A stretch of 64,000 bases of DNA, taken from positions 124,001 through 188,000 of the IMG/VR virus record IMGVR_UViG_3300046170_000378; one strand, written 5' to 3'. Shown in pieces: positions 51,819 to 59,288 of this stretch (position 1 is the first letter of the stretch; each line of letters opens with the position of its first letter). The notes beneath the pieces were generated by a model. That model had not been told where the DNA came from and searched no databases. It worked only from the letters and a program-made list of their open reading frames with translations. Position numbers and translations under genes: made by a program.

Positions 51819-52673
51819 ATGCCAGAATTAGCCGAACTTAAATTAACATCAGATTACGTAAATAATTGCTCAGAAGGAGTAACATATGCTCGCGTAGAAA
51901 AGAATCCCCAACACAAAGGTAAGGAGCTAGATATTCCATTTAAATATTTCAGGCTTAAATCAGAAAGTAAAGGTAAAGAAATTGTACTAACTATTAAAGA
52001 TGAAGATAGCAAAGATTTTATTCCTATTCGTATTACTATGGGAATGTCAGGTCATTTTCAACTAACAAATACTGGCCAAGAGCCAAAGCACGCACACCTT
52101 AAGTTCCATCGAAAAGACGGCACTACACTATCGTTTGTAGATGTACGTAGATTTGGTAAATGGACACAAGGTGTTGCATGGAACGAGGACAGAGGACCAG
52201 ATCCAACGTCAGATTTCGATGCCTTCTTTTTGAATATTATGACTAATCTTACTAAAAGAACATTTCGTAAGCCACTTTATGAAGTTCTTATGGACCAAAA
52301 ATGGTTTAATGGGATTGGTAATTATCTAAGAGCTGAAATTATATTTAGAGCAGAGAATGTTGATCCATTTCTCCCAGCATCTCAGCAAATTGCTAAGTAC
52401 CCAAAGATCTTGGAACTATGTAGAGATATTCCGATGTTGGCGTATGCCAAAGGAGGCGGAAGTATTCGAGACTGGGACAATCCATTTGGATCTGATGCCA
52501 TCCAAGAAAAATTTATGCTCTGTTATGGAAACAAAACGATGGATACTCGTATAGATCCTAAGGGACGTAGATTTTGGTATGATCCTAAATGGAACGCACC
52601 GATGCACAGAGACGATTTAAAAGATTGGGATTATTATAGCGGCTTACCAAGTCCTTCAGCATATAAATCATAA
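51819..52673 (+). CDS. Fpg/Nei-family DNA glycosylase/AP lyase
   Basis: N-terminal PELAE, GKE, GMSG, DVRRFG, H2TH LMDQKWFNGIGNYLRAEI; no Cys4 zinc finger. Confidence 0.9.
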   Translation: MPELAELKLTSDYVNNCSEGVTYARVEKNPQHKGKELDIPFKYFRLKSESKGKEIVLTIKDEDSKDFIPIRITMGMSGHFQLTNTGQEPKHAHLKFHRKDGTTLSFVDVRRFGKWTQGVAWNEDRGPDPTSDFDAFFLNIMTNLTKRTFRKPLYEVLMDQKWFNGIGNYLRAEIIFRAENVDPFLPASQQIAKYPKILELCRDIPMLAYAKGGGSIRDWDNPFGSDAIQEKFMLCYGNKTMDTRIDPKGRRFWYDPKWNAPMHRDDLKDWDYYSGLPSPSAYKS

Positions 52674-52678
52674 ATAAA

Positions 52679-52930
52679 TTGATAATGAGAAACACAGTTA
52701 AATTACCACAGCCACAAAAGGATATTATTGTAAAAGCCTTACAAGTTTATCAAACAGCATTAAGAACGTTAGAAGATAAAACTGATGATCAAGAATTTAC
52801 TGACTTTGATATTACTGCTTTAACTGGAATGTTTAAGGACATTGATGTTGATATAAGAATTGAATTAGATGAAGAGGTACACAACTCATTTGTACACCGT
52901 CATGGTGTAGATTTTCCAATGTATGTTTAA
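52679..52930 (+). CDS. Hypothetical protein
   Basis: ORF track. Confidence 0.6.
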   Translation: MIMRNTVKLPQPQKDIIVKALQVYQTALRTLEDKTDDQEFTDFDITALTGMFKDIDVDIRIELDEEVHNSFVHRHGVDFPMYV

Positions 52931-52941
52931 CACCAAAGACA

Positions 52942-53091
52942 ATGGGTAATTACTTAAAGCAAGGATTTGTAAGAGAGTTGGAATGGAAACTCAACAGAGA
53001 AGAAATCTCTTACTCTAAAATGGTAGAGTTGATGGAAGAAGAATGCATAAAGAACTATAATGCAGAAACCTTTAAAACCAAAGAGAGATGA
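52942..53091 (+). CDS. Mini-ORF cassette 1 (49 aa, ends ETFKTKER)
   Basis: Manually translated, repeat-bounded. Confidence 0.6.
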   Translation: MGNYLKQGFVRELEWKLNREEISYSKMVELMEEECIKNYNAETFKTKER

Positions 53092-53246
53092 GACCATTAG
53101 ACAATGTTCAAATGATTGAAGTCAAAGAAGGGGTAGTAACCATCACTTATAAAGATGGTACAACACTTACCACTAAAGAGGATATTACACTTGGACTTGG
53201 GTATAAGAATGAGAATGATATACCATTAAATGACCATTGTCTTTAA
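53088..53246 (+). CDS. Mini-ORF cassette 2 (52 aa)
   Basis: Manually translated MRPLDNVQMIEVKEG...DHCL. Confidence 0.55.
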   Translation: MRPLDNVQMIEVKEGVVTITYKDGTTLTTKEDITLGLGYKNENDIPLNDHCL

Positions 53247-53258
53247 CACCAAAGAGAA

Positions 53259-53543
53259 ATGAGTGAAGTAAATCCAAATTACAATCCACAAGCAGATTTT
53301 GACAACTTTGGTGAAGAGATGGAACACATCGTTAAGACAACACCTAAAGAGGTGCTAAAAAAGGAGTGGGATAAAGTATTAGCAGAATATGGTACTGATA
53401 CACACGACAAGATTCTATCTATGACTGATGACTTTGTTCAGTCTAATCGTAGTGAAGGACAAACCTATGCTCATTATCACTATGATATGATGGCAGACTT
53501 TGCTCTACATATATTAGAAACCTTTAACACCAAAGAGAGATGA
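53259..53543 (+). CDS. Mini-ORF cassette 3 (94 aa, ends ETFNTKER)
   Basis: ORF track, repeat-bounded. Confidence 0.65.
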   Translation: MSEVNPNYNPQADFDNFGEEMEHIVKTTPKEVLKKEWDKVLAEYGTDTHDKILSMTDDFVQSNRSEGQTYAHYHYDMMADFALHILETFNTKER

Positions 53544-53623
53544 AAGAAGAAAGAATTTATACAATAATTAATATTCTTACAGTGATTGGATTTTTTACTC
53601 TAATGATACTAGGATCAAAATGA
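53540..53623 (+). CDS. Mini-ORF cassette 4 (27-aa membrane peptide)
   Basis: MKEERIYTIINILTVIGFFTLMILGSK; ATGA coupled on both sides. Confidence 0.45.
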   Translation: MKEERIYTIINILTVIGFFTLMILGSK

Positions 53624-53859
53624 CAGAAGAACAAATTGATAGAATTATAGAAATGGCTTGGGAGGATAGAACTCCATTTGAAGCGATAGAATTCCAATTT
53701 GGTCTTAAAGAGAATGATGTTAGGAAGCTAATGAGGAAACACATGAAAGAATCCTCGTTTAAAATGTGGAGAGAAAGAGTTAAAGGCAGAAAAACAAAAC
53801 ATGCCAAAAATAGCGAAGGTACCAGATTTAAAAGCAAGAATCAAAAAGCAAATAGATGA
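53620..53859 (+). CDS. TIGR03643/DUF2805-like protein
   Basis: IDRIIEMAWEDRTPFEAI..QFGL.E..V..LMR......SF..WR.RV.GR.TKH. Confidence 0.8.
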   Translation: MTEEQIDRIIEMAWEDRTPFEAIEFQFGLKENDVRKLMRKHMKESSFKMWRERVKGRKTKHAKNSEGTRFKSKNQKANR

Positions 53860-54479
53860 AAAAATTAGAAAGAATGCAGAACTTGATTGTAGTTGGTCAT
53901 CCAGATCAAAAATCATTCTGTTACGATGGGATCTTTAAAACAATTCAAGAGACGTTATTGTCGCAAGATGGATATTTAAATGAGATCGAAGTAATTGATC
54001 TTTACAGAGATGATTTCTCTCAGCCGAGAACAGATCTTATTAAGAAATATCAAGAACTAGTGACATGGGCAGACAGAATCTATTTTGTATCTCCTGTTTG
54101 GTGGTTTAGACTTACACCAAGAACAGAAATCTTTTTTGATGAGGTGATGACACCTGGTTTTGCATATAAATTTATACCTCTTTTTGGTAACTATGCATAT
54201 CCTAAGCCATTCTTAAGTGATAAAAAGGTAAGAACGTACATTACTCACGGTGCTCCTGCGCTTCCGGTAAAAACACTCTATTTGAACTCAGTTAAACTAA
54301 GATTAGTAATGGGAGTATTTACATTTGTGTTCGGATGGAACATTTCTAGATGGCTAAAAACTAAACAATTTTGGGCAGTACCATTTGTAAGTGCAGAAAA
54401 AAGAGCTAAATATTTAGAAACAGTTAAGAAAGACATCATAAAAGATATTAAGAAACATCAAATAAAACAAGTAAAATGA
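53856..54479 (+). CDS. NAD(P)H-dependent flavodoxin-fold oxidoreductase (Flavodoxin_2/MdaB-like)
   Basis: GHPDQKSF, VIDLY, WADRIYFVSPVWWF, TPGFAY, ITHGAP. Confidence 0.85.
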   Translation: MKKLERMQNLIVVGHPDQKSFCYDGIFKTIQETLLSQDGYLNEIEVIDLYRDDFSQPRTDLIKKYQELVTWADRIYFVSPVWWFRLTPRTEIFFDEVMTPGFAYKFIPLFGNYAYPKPFLSDKKVRTYITHGAPALPVKTLYLNSVKLRLVMGVFTFVFGWNISRWLKTKQFWAVPFVSAEKRAKYLETVKKDIIKDIKKHQIKQVK

Positions 54480-54655
54480 AAAAGATTAACAAATTCTTTC
54501 AGAGCTGGTATCCAGTGATCTTCGCGTTTATGTGTCTACTCTATTCAGTAGGTTTGGGATTAGCTGGTCATACAGAAGAGGCCCAATACTCAGCACATTG
54601 GCCAGGAACTATCCTCCTTTTTGCGATAGCAATCAGACAAAGACGCACATCATGA
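54476..54655 (+). CDS. Small membrane protein (59 aa)
   Basis: Manually read; two hydrophobic segments. Confidence 0.5.
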   Translation: MKKINKFFQSWYPVIFAFMCLLYSVGLGLAGHTEEAQYSAHWPGTILLFAIAIRQRRTS

Positions 54656-54930
54656 GTCCAACGTTTTTTCTAGTAGGTGGAATTATTTTCGCAGCTTACA
54701 TGTATTTTACTATATGGAACATATTCTATAGTTCAAGAAAAAGCAGAGAAGAAAACTACCCTACTGTGAATAGAGTATCAGATGAAGTGGATATGGATGG
54801 CATGGGAAACTTTAGTAGGTTTCCTTCTACTGAACCAGCTCCCAGAAAAAGAAATAAAAAGAGTAAGAAAAGATCAATTAACGAGATTAGACAAGTTAAA
54901 GATTCTGTTTACAAAGCACCTGTAAAATAA
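54652..54930 (+). CDS. Small membrane protein
   Basis: MSPTFFLVGGIIFAAYMYFTIWNIF TM segment. Confidence 0.55.
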   Translation: MSPTFFLVGGIIFAAYMYFTIWNIFYSSRKSREENYPTVNRVSDEVDMDGMGNFSRFPSTEPAPRKRNKKSKKRSINEIRQVKDSVYKAPVK

Positions 54931-55689
54931 ATGAAGTTCGACAAGATCTACGTATTAGCAATAAATCATACACAAGAGAAAATTGATTCTATTGTAAAAA
55001 AATTATCTGCATTAGAAACAGATGGTGTAACTAACTATGAGATTTTGGTCGGACACAATGGTTGGCAAGAAGAGCTACCTGAAGGTGCAAAAATATATGA
55101 GAATTGGGGTCAACCTGAAAGTTGGAATGATTTTTGGAAAAAGGATGTTCAACCCGGAGAAGTTGGCTGTACATTAAGTCACATCTCCGCTTGGAATAAA
55201 ATAGTAGAAGACGGAGTTTCAAGAGCATTAATTCTAGAAGAGGACTTTGTACCCAAATTACCACTTTTAGAATTGCCAGAACCCGATGAGAATTGGCCAT
55301 ATAAATGGGACTATCTAAATCTAGGCCGATATATTTTTAATAAGGAAAATGACATCATGATCAACGATGCATATTGTATCCCATCTTTACACTATAACAT
55401 GCACGCATATGTGCTGACCAACATAGGAGCTCAAAAATTAGTAGATTATAATTTACAAAAAAATATATTCATTAATGACGAGTTTATAACGGCGACATAT
55501 ATGAATCACAGGAGATCAGATATAGAAGAATTATATCCAATTAAAAATATTAATGCATTAGCAACAAACAAAAATTGGATAGGTCAAAACTCTAACGCAG
55601 AAACTACAATGGTGAGTGGACACACTAAAACATTTGAAAATCCAAATAGAGAAAGCCTGTTAAAGGCAAACGAAAAAGAAACAAAATAA
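54931..55689 (+). CDS. Glycosyltransferase family 25
   Basis: IYVLAIN, GEVGCTLSH, ALILEEDF, HAYVLT..GAQKL. Confidence 0.8.
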   Translation: MKFDKIYVLAINHTQEKIDSIVKKLSALETDGVTNYEILVGHNGWQEELPEGAKIYENWGQPESWNDFWKKDVQPGEVGCTLSHISAWNKIVEDGVSRALILEEDFVPKLPLLELPEPDENWPYKWDYLNLGRYIFNKENDIMINDAYCIPSLHYNMHAYVLTNIGAQKLVDYNLQKNIFINDEFITATYMNHRRSDIEELYPIKNINALATNKNWIGQNSNAETTMVSGHTKTFENPNRESLLKANEKETK

Positions 55690-55709
55690 ACACATTACGT
55701 ATAAGTTAT

Positions 55710-56183
55710 ATGAAAATAATACTCGTAGGCAAAGCAGCTGCTGGAAAAGACTTTTTAAAGAATAAACTCTCAGATAGAGGGTTTAAAGCTGGAGTTAGTC
55801 ATACTACTAGACCACCCAGACAAAACGAAACAAATGGTGTAGATTATCATTTTGTCAGTAAAGATGAATTTCTGATTATGATTGATCAGGGTAAGTTTAT
55901 AGAGTATATGGAATTTAATGGATGGTATTATGGTCAAACAGAAGAAGATTTTGACGGTGCTGACATTATGATTATGTCTAAAGATGGTTTAGATATGTTA
56001 CCAAAAAAATACAGAAGTCAATGTATTGTAATATATTTAGATCCTTCTAGATTAGAAAGATTAAAAAGACTAGAATCTAGAAATGACTTAAATGATTCTA
56101 TTGTAAGAAGAATGGACACTGATGATCAACAATTTAAAGGCTTTAGAGATTATGACATCCGAATCTCTAATGCTGATTTTTAA
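55710..56183 (+). CDS. Guanylate kinase-like nucleotide kinase
   Basis: GKAAAGKD, SHTTRPPR..E.NGVDYHFV. Confidence 0.88.
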   Translation: MKIILVGKAAAGKDFLKNKLSDRGFKAGVSHTTRPPRQNETNGVDYHFVSKDEFLIMIDQGKFIEYMEFNGWYYGQTEEDFDGADIMIMSKDGLDMLPKKYRSQCIVIYLDPSRLERLKRLESRNDLNDSIVRRMDTDDQQFKGFRDYDIRISNADF

Positions 56184-56220
56184 TTAGGATAAATAATAAA
56201 TACACTTAAATATTTTAAAA

Positions 56221-56760
56221 ATGAGTACAGAACAAACTAAAACTAATGAGCAATTAATTCAAGAAAGATTTGAGTTAGAGCAAGAAGTAAACAAACTACA
56301 AGTTGCTTCAGCTGAACGTAAATTTGAAATTAATTTCTCTGATCAAAAGATGATCAAAACAGTAATGGATCACCTTAACAAAGGTTATACTTGGAAAACT
56401 GCGGATGCTGCGGTTCTAGTGACGCTTTATGACCAGCTTAAAAATCAAAATAAAGCATATACTAAAGCTAATGAAGAATTAGAAACGTATACAATTGAAC
56501 TTAGAGGTCATGAGCTAAACGCACTATATCAAGCGCTTTTAAATGTTACAGGAACTGGTGTTGAAAACGCTAGAAGATTTATTACAATGTTAACACACGT
56601 CGGTGAAACTGTTTCTATCGCTATGAGTGAGCTTGCAGATCTTAACACTGAGATCAATGAAATGCACACAAAACTAGCAGAACTTGATGCTACTATTGTT
56701 ACTGAACAAATTGATGCAGAACTAGAAGAGAATAAAGAGACAGCAAACGCCGGTAAATAA
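56221..56760 (+). CDS. Hypothetical coiled-coil protein
   Basis: ORF track. Confidence 0.65.
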   Translation: MSTEQTKTNEQLIQERFELEQEVNKLQVASAERKFEINFSDQKMIKTVMDHLNKGYTWKTADAAVLVTLYDQLKNQNKAYTKANEELETYTIELRGHELNALYQALLNVTGTGVENARRFITMLTHVGETVSIAMSELADLNTEINEMHTKLAELDATIVTEQIDAELEENKETANAGK

Positions 56761-56771
56761 AACCAGCAAGT

Positions 56772-57308
56772 ATGAAACAAGCTAGTAAAAGTCAGAAAAG
56801 AATAGACTTCTTAGACTTAGTCACAGAAGCTATTACTCACGAAGACATCTTCGGAACAATTGACTACAAGAACAAAAGCGAAGACAAAATCATACAATTC
56901 ATTTATCCACACCTTGTGAGTTCCTTAACAGAATATGTTATGGAAACACAGGGCAAGGATAAGGATTCTGCCAAAGACTTCGTTAAGAAAAACCTTAAAT
57001 GGGAAGGTAATGTTAATACAACAGTAAACCACATTCTATTTATGGGTACTCAAAATAGACCAGATATGGTCTTAGAGATTAACGGTTTAAAGATTGGTAT
57101 TGAATTTAAAAGAGGTCAAAAAGGATCAGAATTAAGAAGTGGTATTGGACAATCTATGGTCTATGCAACACATTATGATTTTGTACTCTACTTATTTGTT
57201 GATACTAGTGATGATAGTCGTATTAAGAATGCCCAAACGGGTGTAAATGAAACCGAATTCATAGATAATCTGTGGAATCAATATAACATAAAATTTATAG
57301 TAGCTTAA
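56772..57308 (+). CDS. Putative PD-(D/E)XK (restriction-endonuclease-like) nuclease
   Basis: NRPDMVL...IGIEFKRG...GIGQSMVY. Confidence 0.6.
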   Translation: MKQASKSQKRIDFLDLVTEAITHEDIFGTIDYKNKSEDKIIQFIYPHLVSSLTEYVMETQGKDKDSAKDFVKKNLKWEGNVNTTVNHILFMGTQNRPDMVLEINGLKIGIEFKRGQKGSELRSGIGQSMVYATHYDFVLYLFVDTSDDSRIKNAQTGVNETEFIDNLWNQYNIKFIVA

Positions 57309-57826
57309 TGGCAATATTTGTAACATCCAATCTCCAGCTCGGAAGACCTGGTGCAATCAAAAAATATAATAGGAATTACGACAACGTTGATCAAATGACA
57401 GAAGATCTTATTCTGAAGTGGAACGAAGTCGTAAAACAAGAGGATACCGTATATCATTTAGGTAATTTTGCTTGGGATCCAAAGACTGCACAAGATGCAC
57501 TATTGCGTCTTAATGGTAGAATTTATTTTACAAGGGGTGATCACGATAAAGCTTTAGAAGTTTTAGACGAAAAGGGAATGCTTAGAAATAGAGTACAGAT
57601 GATTGATTGTCTTACTACCCTACCAGAACTCAATCTTAGTTTAACATATTGGCCATTAAAAGCGTGGCCTAATAAAAGAGGTAAAAAAGCATATAACATT
57701 ATAGGTTATCCTGAAAAGAAATTTAAATCAGATCCAAAAGAAAGAATCATTAATGTTTCTACTGATTTATGGAAGAACCAACCACAAGACCTTAATAAAT
57801 TATTAGAAATATTTTCAGATTTCTAA
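57308..57826 (+). CDS. Calcineurin-like metallophosphoesterase homolog with substituted metal ligands
   Basis: TSNLQLG, WNEVV..EDTVYHLGNF, LNG....RGDHD. Confidence 0.7.
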   Translation: MAIFVTSNLQLGRPGAIKKYNRNYDNVDQMTEDLILKWNEVVKQEDTVYHLGNFAWDPKTAQDALLRLNGRIYFTRGDHDKALEVLDEKGMLRNRVQMIDCLTTLPELNLSLTYWPLKAWPNKRGKKAYNIIGYPEKKFKSDPKERIINVSTDLWKNQPQDLNKLLEIFSDF

Positions 57827-57862
57827 TTGTTCGTAACTTTTAGTAAAATAACCGTCATTTAA

Positions 57863-57894
57863 TTTTTTTATGTCGGTTATTTGTGGTATATTAG
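57863..57894 (+). promoter_or_regulatory. Putative early promoter TTTTTTTATGTC-N9-TGGTATATTAG
   Basis: Repeated motif. Confidence 0.6.
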
Positions 57895-57918
57895 TACTGT
57901 ATTTAAAAGCTAAAAGAT

Positions 57919-58143
57919 ATGATTAGATCAAAACAACCAAAATCAGAAATAATTATCGATTTAACAGGACCGCAAGGAAATGCATTTTATCTACTTGGAG
58001 TTGCAAAGGATTTTTGTAAGCAATTAGATATGACAAAGAAAAATACACAATCAATTCTTGATGAAATGACCAGTGGTGATTACGAAAACTTAATTCAAGT
58101 TTTTGATCGTGAATTCGGATCAGTGGTAATTTTAGAAAGATAA
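57919..58143 (+). CDS. Hypothetical phage protein
   Basis: IDLTGPQGNAFYLLG; ORF track. Confidence 0.65.
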   Translation: MIRSKQPKSEIIIDLTGPQGNAFYLLGVAKDFCKQLDMTKKNTQSILDEMTSGDYENLIQVFDREFGSVVILER

Positions 58144-58158
58144 TTAAAAATAATTCAG

Positions 58159-58196
58159 CCCAGATTTTTTTATGTCAAAAAGATTTGGTATATTAG
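58159..58196 (+). promoter_or_regulatory. Putative early promoter CCCAGATTTTTTTATGTC-N9-TGGTATATTAG
   Basis: Upstream of ECF sigma gene. Confidence 0.6.
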
Positions 58197-58224
58197 CCTA
58201 GTAATAATTAAAAAAAGAAAACAT

Positions 58225-58836
58225 ATGTCAAAATCAAAAGAGTTAAGCTACCGTCAGCTATCAGAGAATTTCATCAATTCTAAATCAGAAAAAGATTATA
58301 ATGCGCTTTACGTTCGTGTGAAGCCAGGTTTGAAAAACTACATTCATAATGTGGTCAAAGATAATGAAGCTACAGATGATATTTTGACAAATACTCTTAC
58401 GAAGATGTGGACCAAGATAGATCAATATGATCCTAAATATCAAATCACTACATGGCTTTATCGTATTGCCTTTAATGAATGTCTTGGTTGGATTCGTCAA
58501 CGTAATCGTAAATATAGCATCGATGCAATGAAAGAATATGGTATTGAAATCTCAGAACACTATTCTCATACATCAGCTCATGATCTTCTTATTGAGATTG
58601 AGAGTAAAACCGAAGCAGATTTTATTGAAGAAGACGAAGCACTTATGAATTCTTATGAATTGGCACTAAAAGCAATTCAAGATCTAAAGCCAATGTATCG
58701 AGATATTATCGAAGATCGTCTACTTAACAACATGAAATACGAAGATATTGCATCAAAGTATGGTGTGCCTCTTCAAACTGTTAAGAATCGTATCCGTAGG
58801 GGTAAGATTTTGATTCAAGAATCAATGACAAAATAA
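58225..58836 (+). CDS. ECF-type (RpoE-like) sigma-70 factor
   Basis: Region 2 DDILTNT..KMW.KIDQYD...TTWLYRIAFN; region 4 L...YR.II......MKYEDIA...GVPLQTVKNRIRRG. Confidence 0.9.
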   Translation: MSKSKELSYRQLSENFINSKSEKDYNALYVRVKPGLKNYIHNVVKDNEATDDILTNTLTKMWTKIDQYDPKYQITTWLYRIAFNECLGWIRQRNRKYSIDAMKEYGIEISEHYSHTSAHDLLIEIESKTEADFIEEDEALMNSYELALKAIQDLKPMYRDIIEDRLLNNMKYEDIASKYGVPLQTVKNRIRRGKILIQESMTK

Positions 58837-58850
58837 ATATCCCACCAATT

Positions 58851-58877
58851 GAAACCTTGCAAATAGCGCAAGTATAA
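58851..58877 (+). promoter_or_regulatory. Putative middle promoter GAAAC-N17-TATAA
   Basis: Upstream of tRNA cluster. Confidence 0.6.
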
Positions 58878-58940
58878 AGATAGCAATCAGCAACGGCAGA
58901 TTGAATGAAGAGCGAATTTGAAATGTAGATAGAAATCAAT

Positions 58941-59029
58941 GCCGGAATGGTGGAATTGGTAGACACGAGGGACTTAAAATCCCTTGGGCAGTAATGCCCG
59001 TGACGGTTCGAGCCCGTCTTCCGGTACCA
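58941..59029 (+). tRNA. tRNA-Leu(UAA), CCA encoded
   Basis: Cloverleaf; AGGGA-CTTAAAA-TCCCT; long variable arm. Confidence 0.92.
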
Positions 59030-59090
59030 AGCAGGGAGTTATACAATACATGTTGGAACTATATAACTTTAAAATAGAACCCTGCGATAT

Positions 59091-59164
59091 GGACCAGTAG
59101 CTCAGCTGGATAGAGCATCTGCCTTCTAAGCAGACGGTCACAGGTTCGAATCCTGTCTGGTTCA
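59091..59164 (+). tRNA. tRNA-Arg(UCU)
   Basis: TCTGC-CTTCTAA-GCAGA; GGTTCGAATCC. Confidence 0.92.
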
Positions 59165-59172
59165 CTAAATAT

Positions 59173-59288
59173 GGGGAGTTAGTCAAATAGGTACGACGCT
59201 CCAGCTATAAGGCCGAAAACATCATACTAGTTACGAGGTGTGATTAGGCTTGTTGGCAGAAGTAGGGGTTCGAATCCCCTACTCCCCC
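59173..59288 (+). ncRNA. tRNA-like RNA with canonical acceptor, D and T arms but a ~66-nt extended central hairpin
   Basis: GGGGAGT/ACTCCCC, GTC/GAC D-stem with GG loop, AGGGG-TTCGAAT-CCCCT. Confidence 0.6.

Larger units (their letters stand above)
52926..53542 (+). repeat. Four dispersed direct repeats TTTAA(C/A)ACCAAAGA(G/C)A(G/A/-)ATG at 52926, 53071, 53242, 53523, each supplying the ATG of the next mini-ORF
   Basis: Read directly; copies 2 and 4 share an upstream GAAACC as well. Confidence 0.85.

Noticed and set aside
52926-53542. CRISPR or mini-array interpretation of the dispersed repeat
   Set aside because: Intervening segments are ~125-260 nt, unequal in length and protein-coding; no cas genes in the window.
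55687-55704. Additional middle promoters at 55687 and 63873
   Set aside because: Spacing (8 nt) or -10 match (TTAAT) does not fit GAAAC-N17/18-TATAA.
59173-59288. tmRNA (ssrA)
   Set aside because: About 116 nt only, no tag ORF or pseudoknots, and no G3-U70 alanine identity pair.
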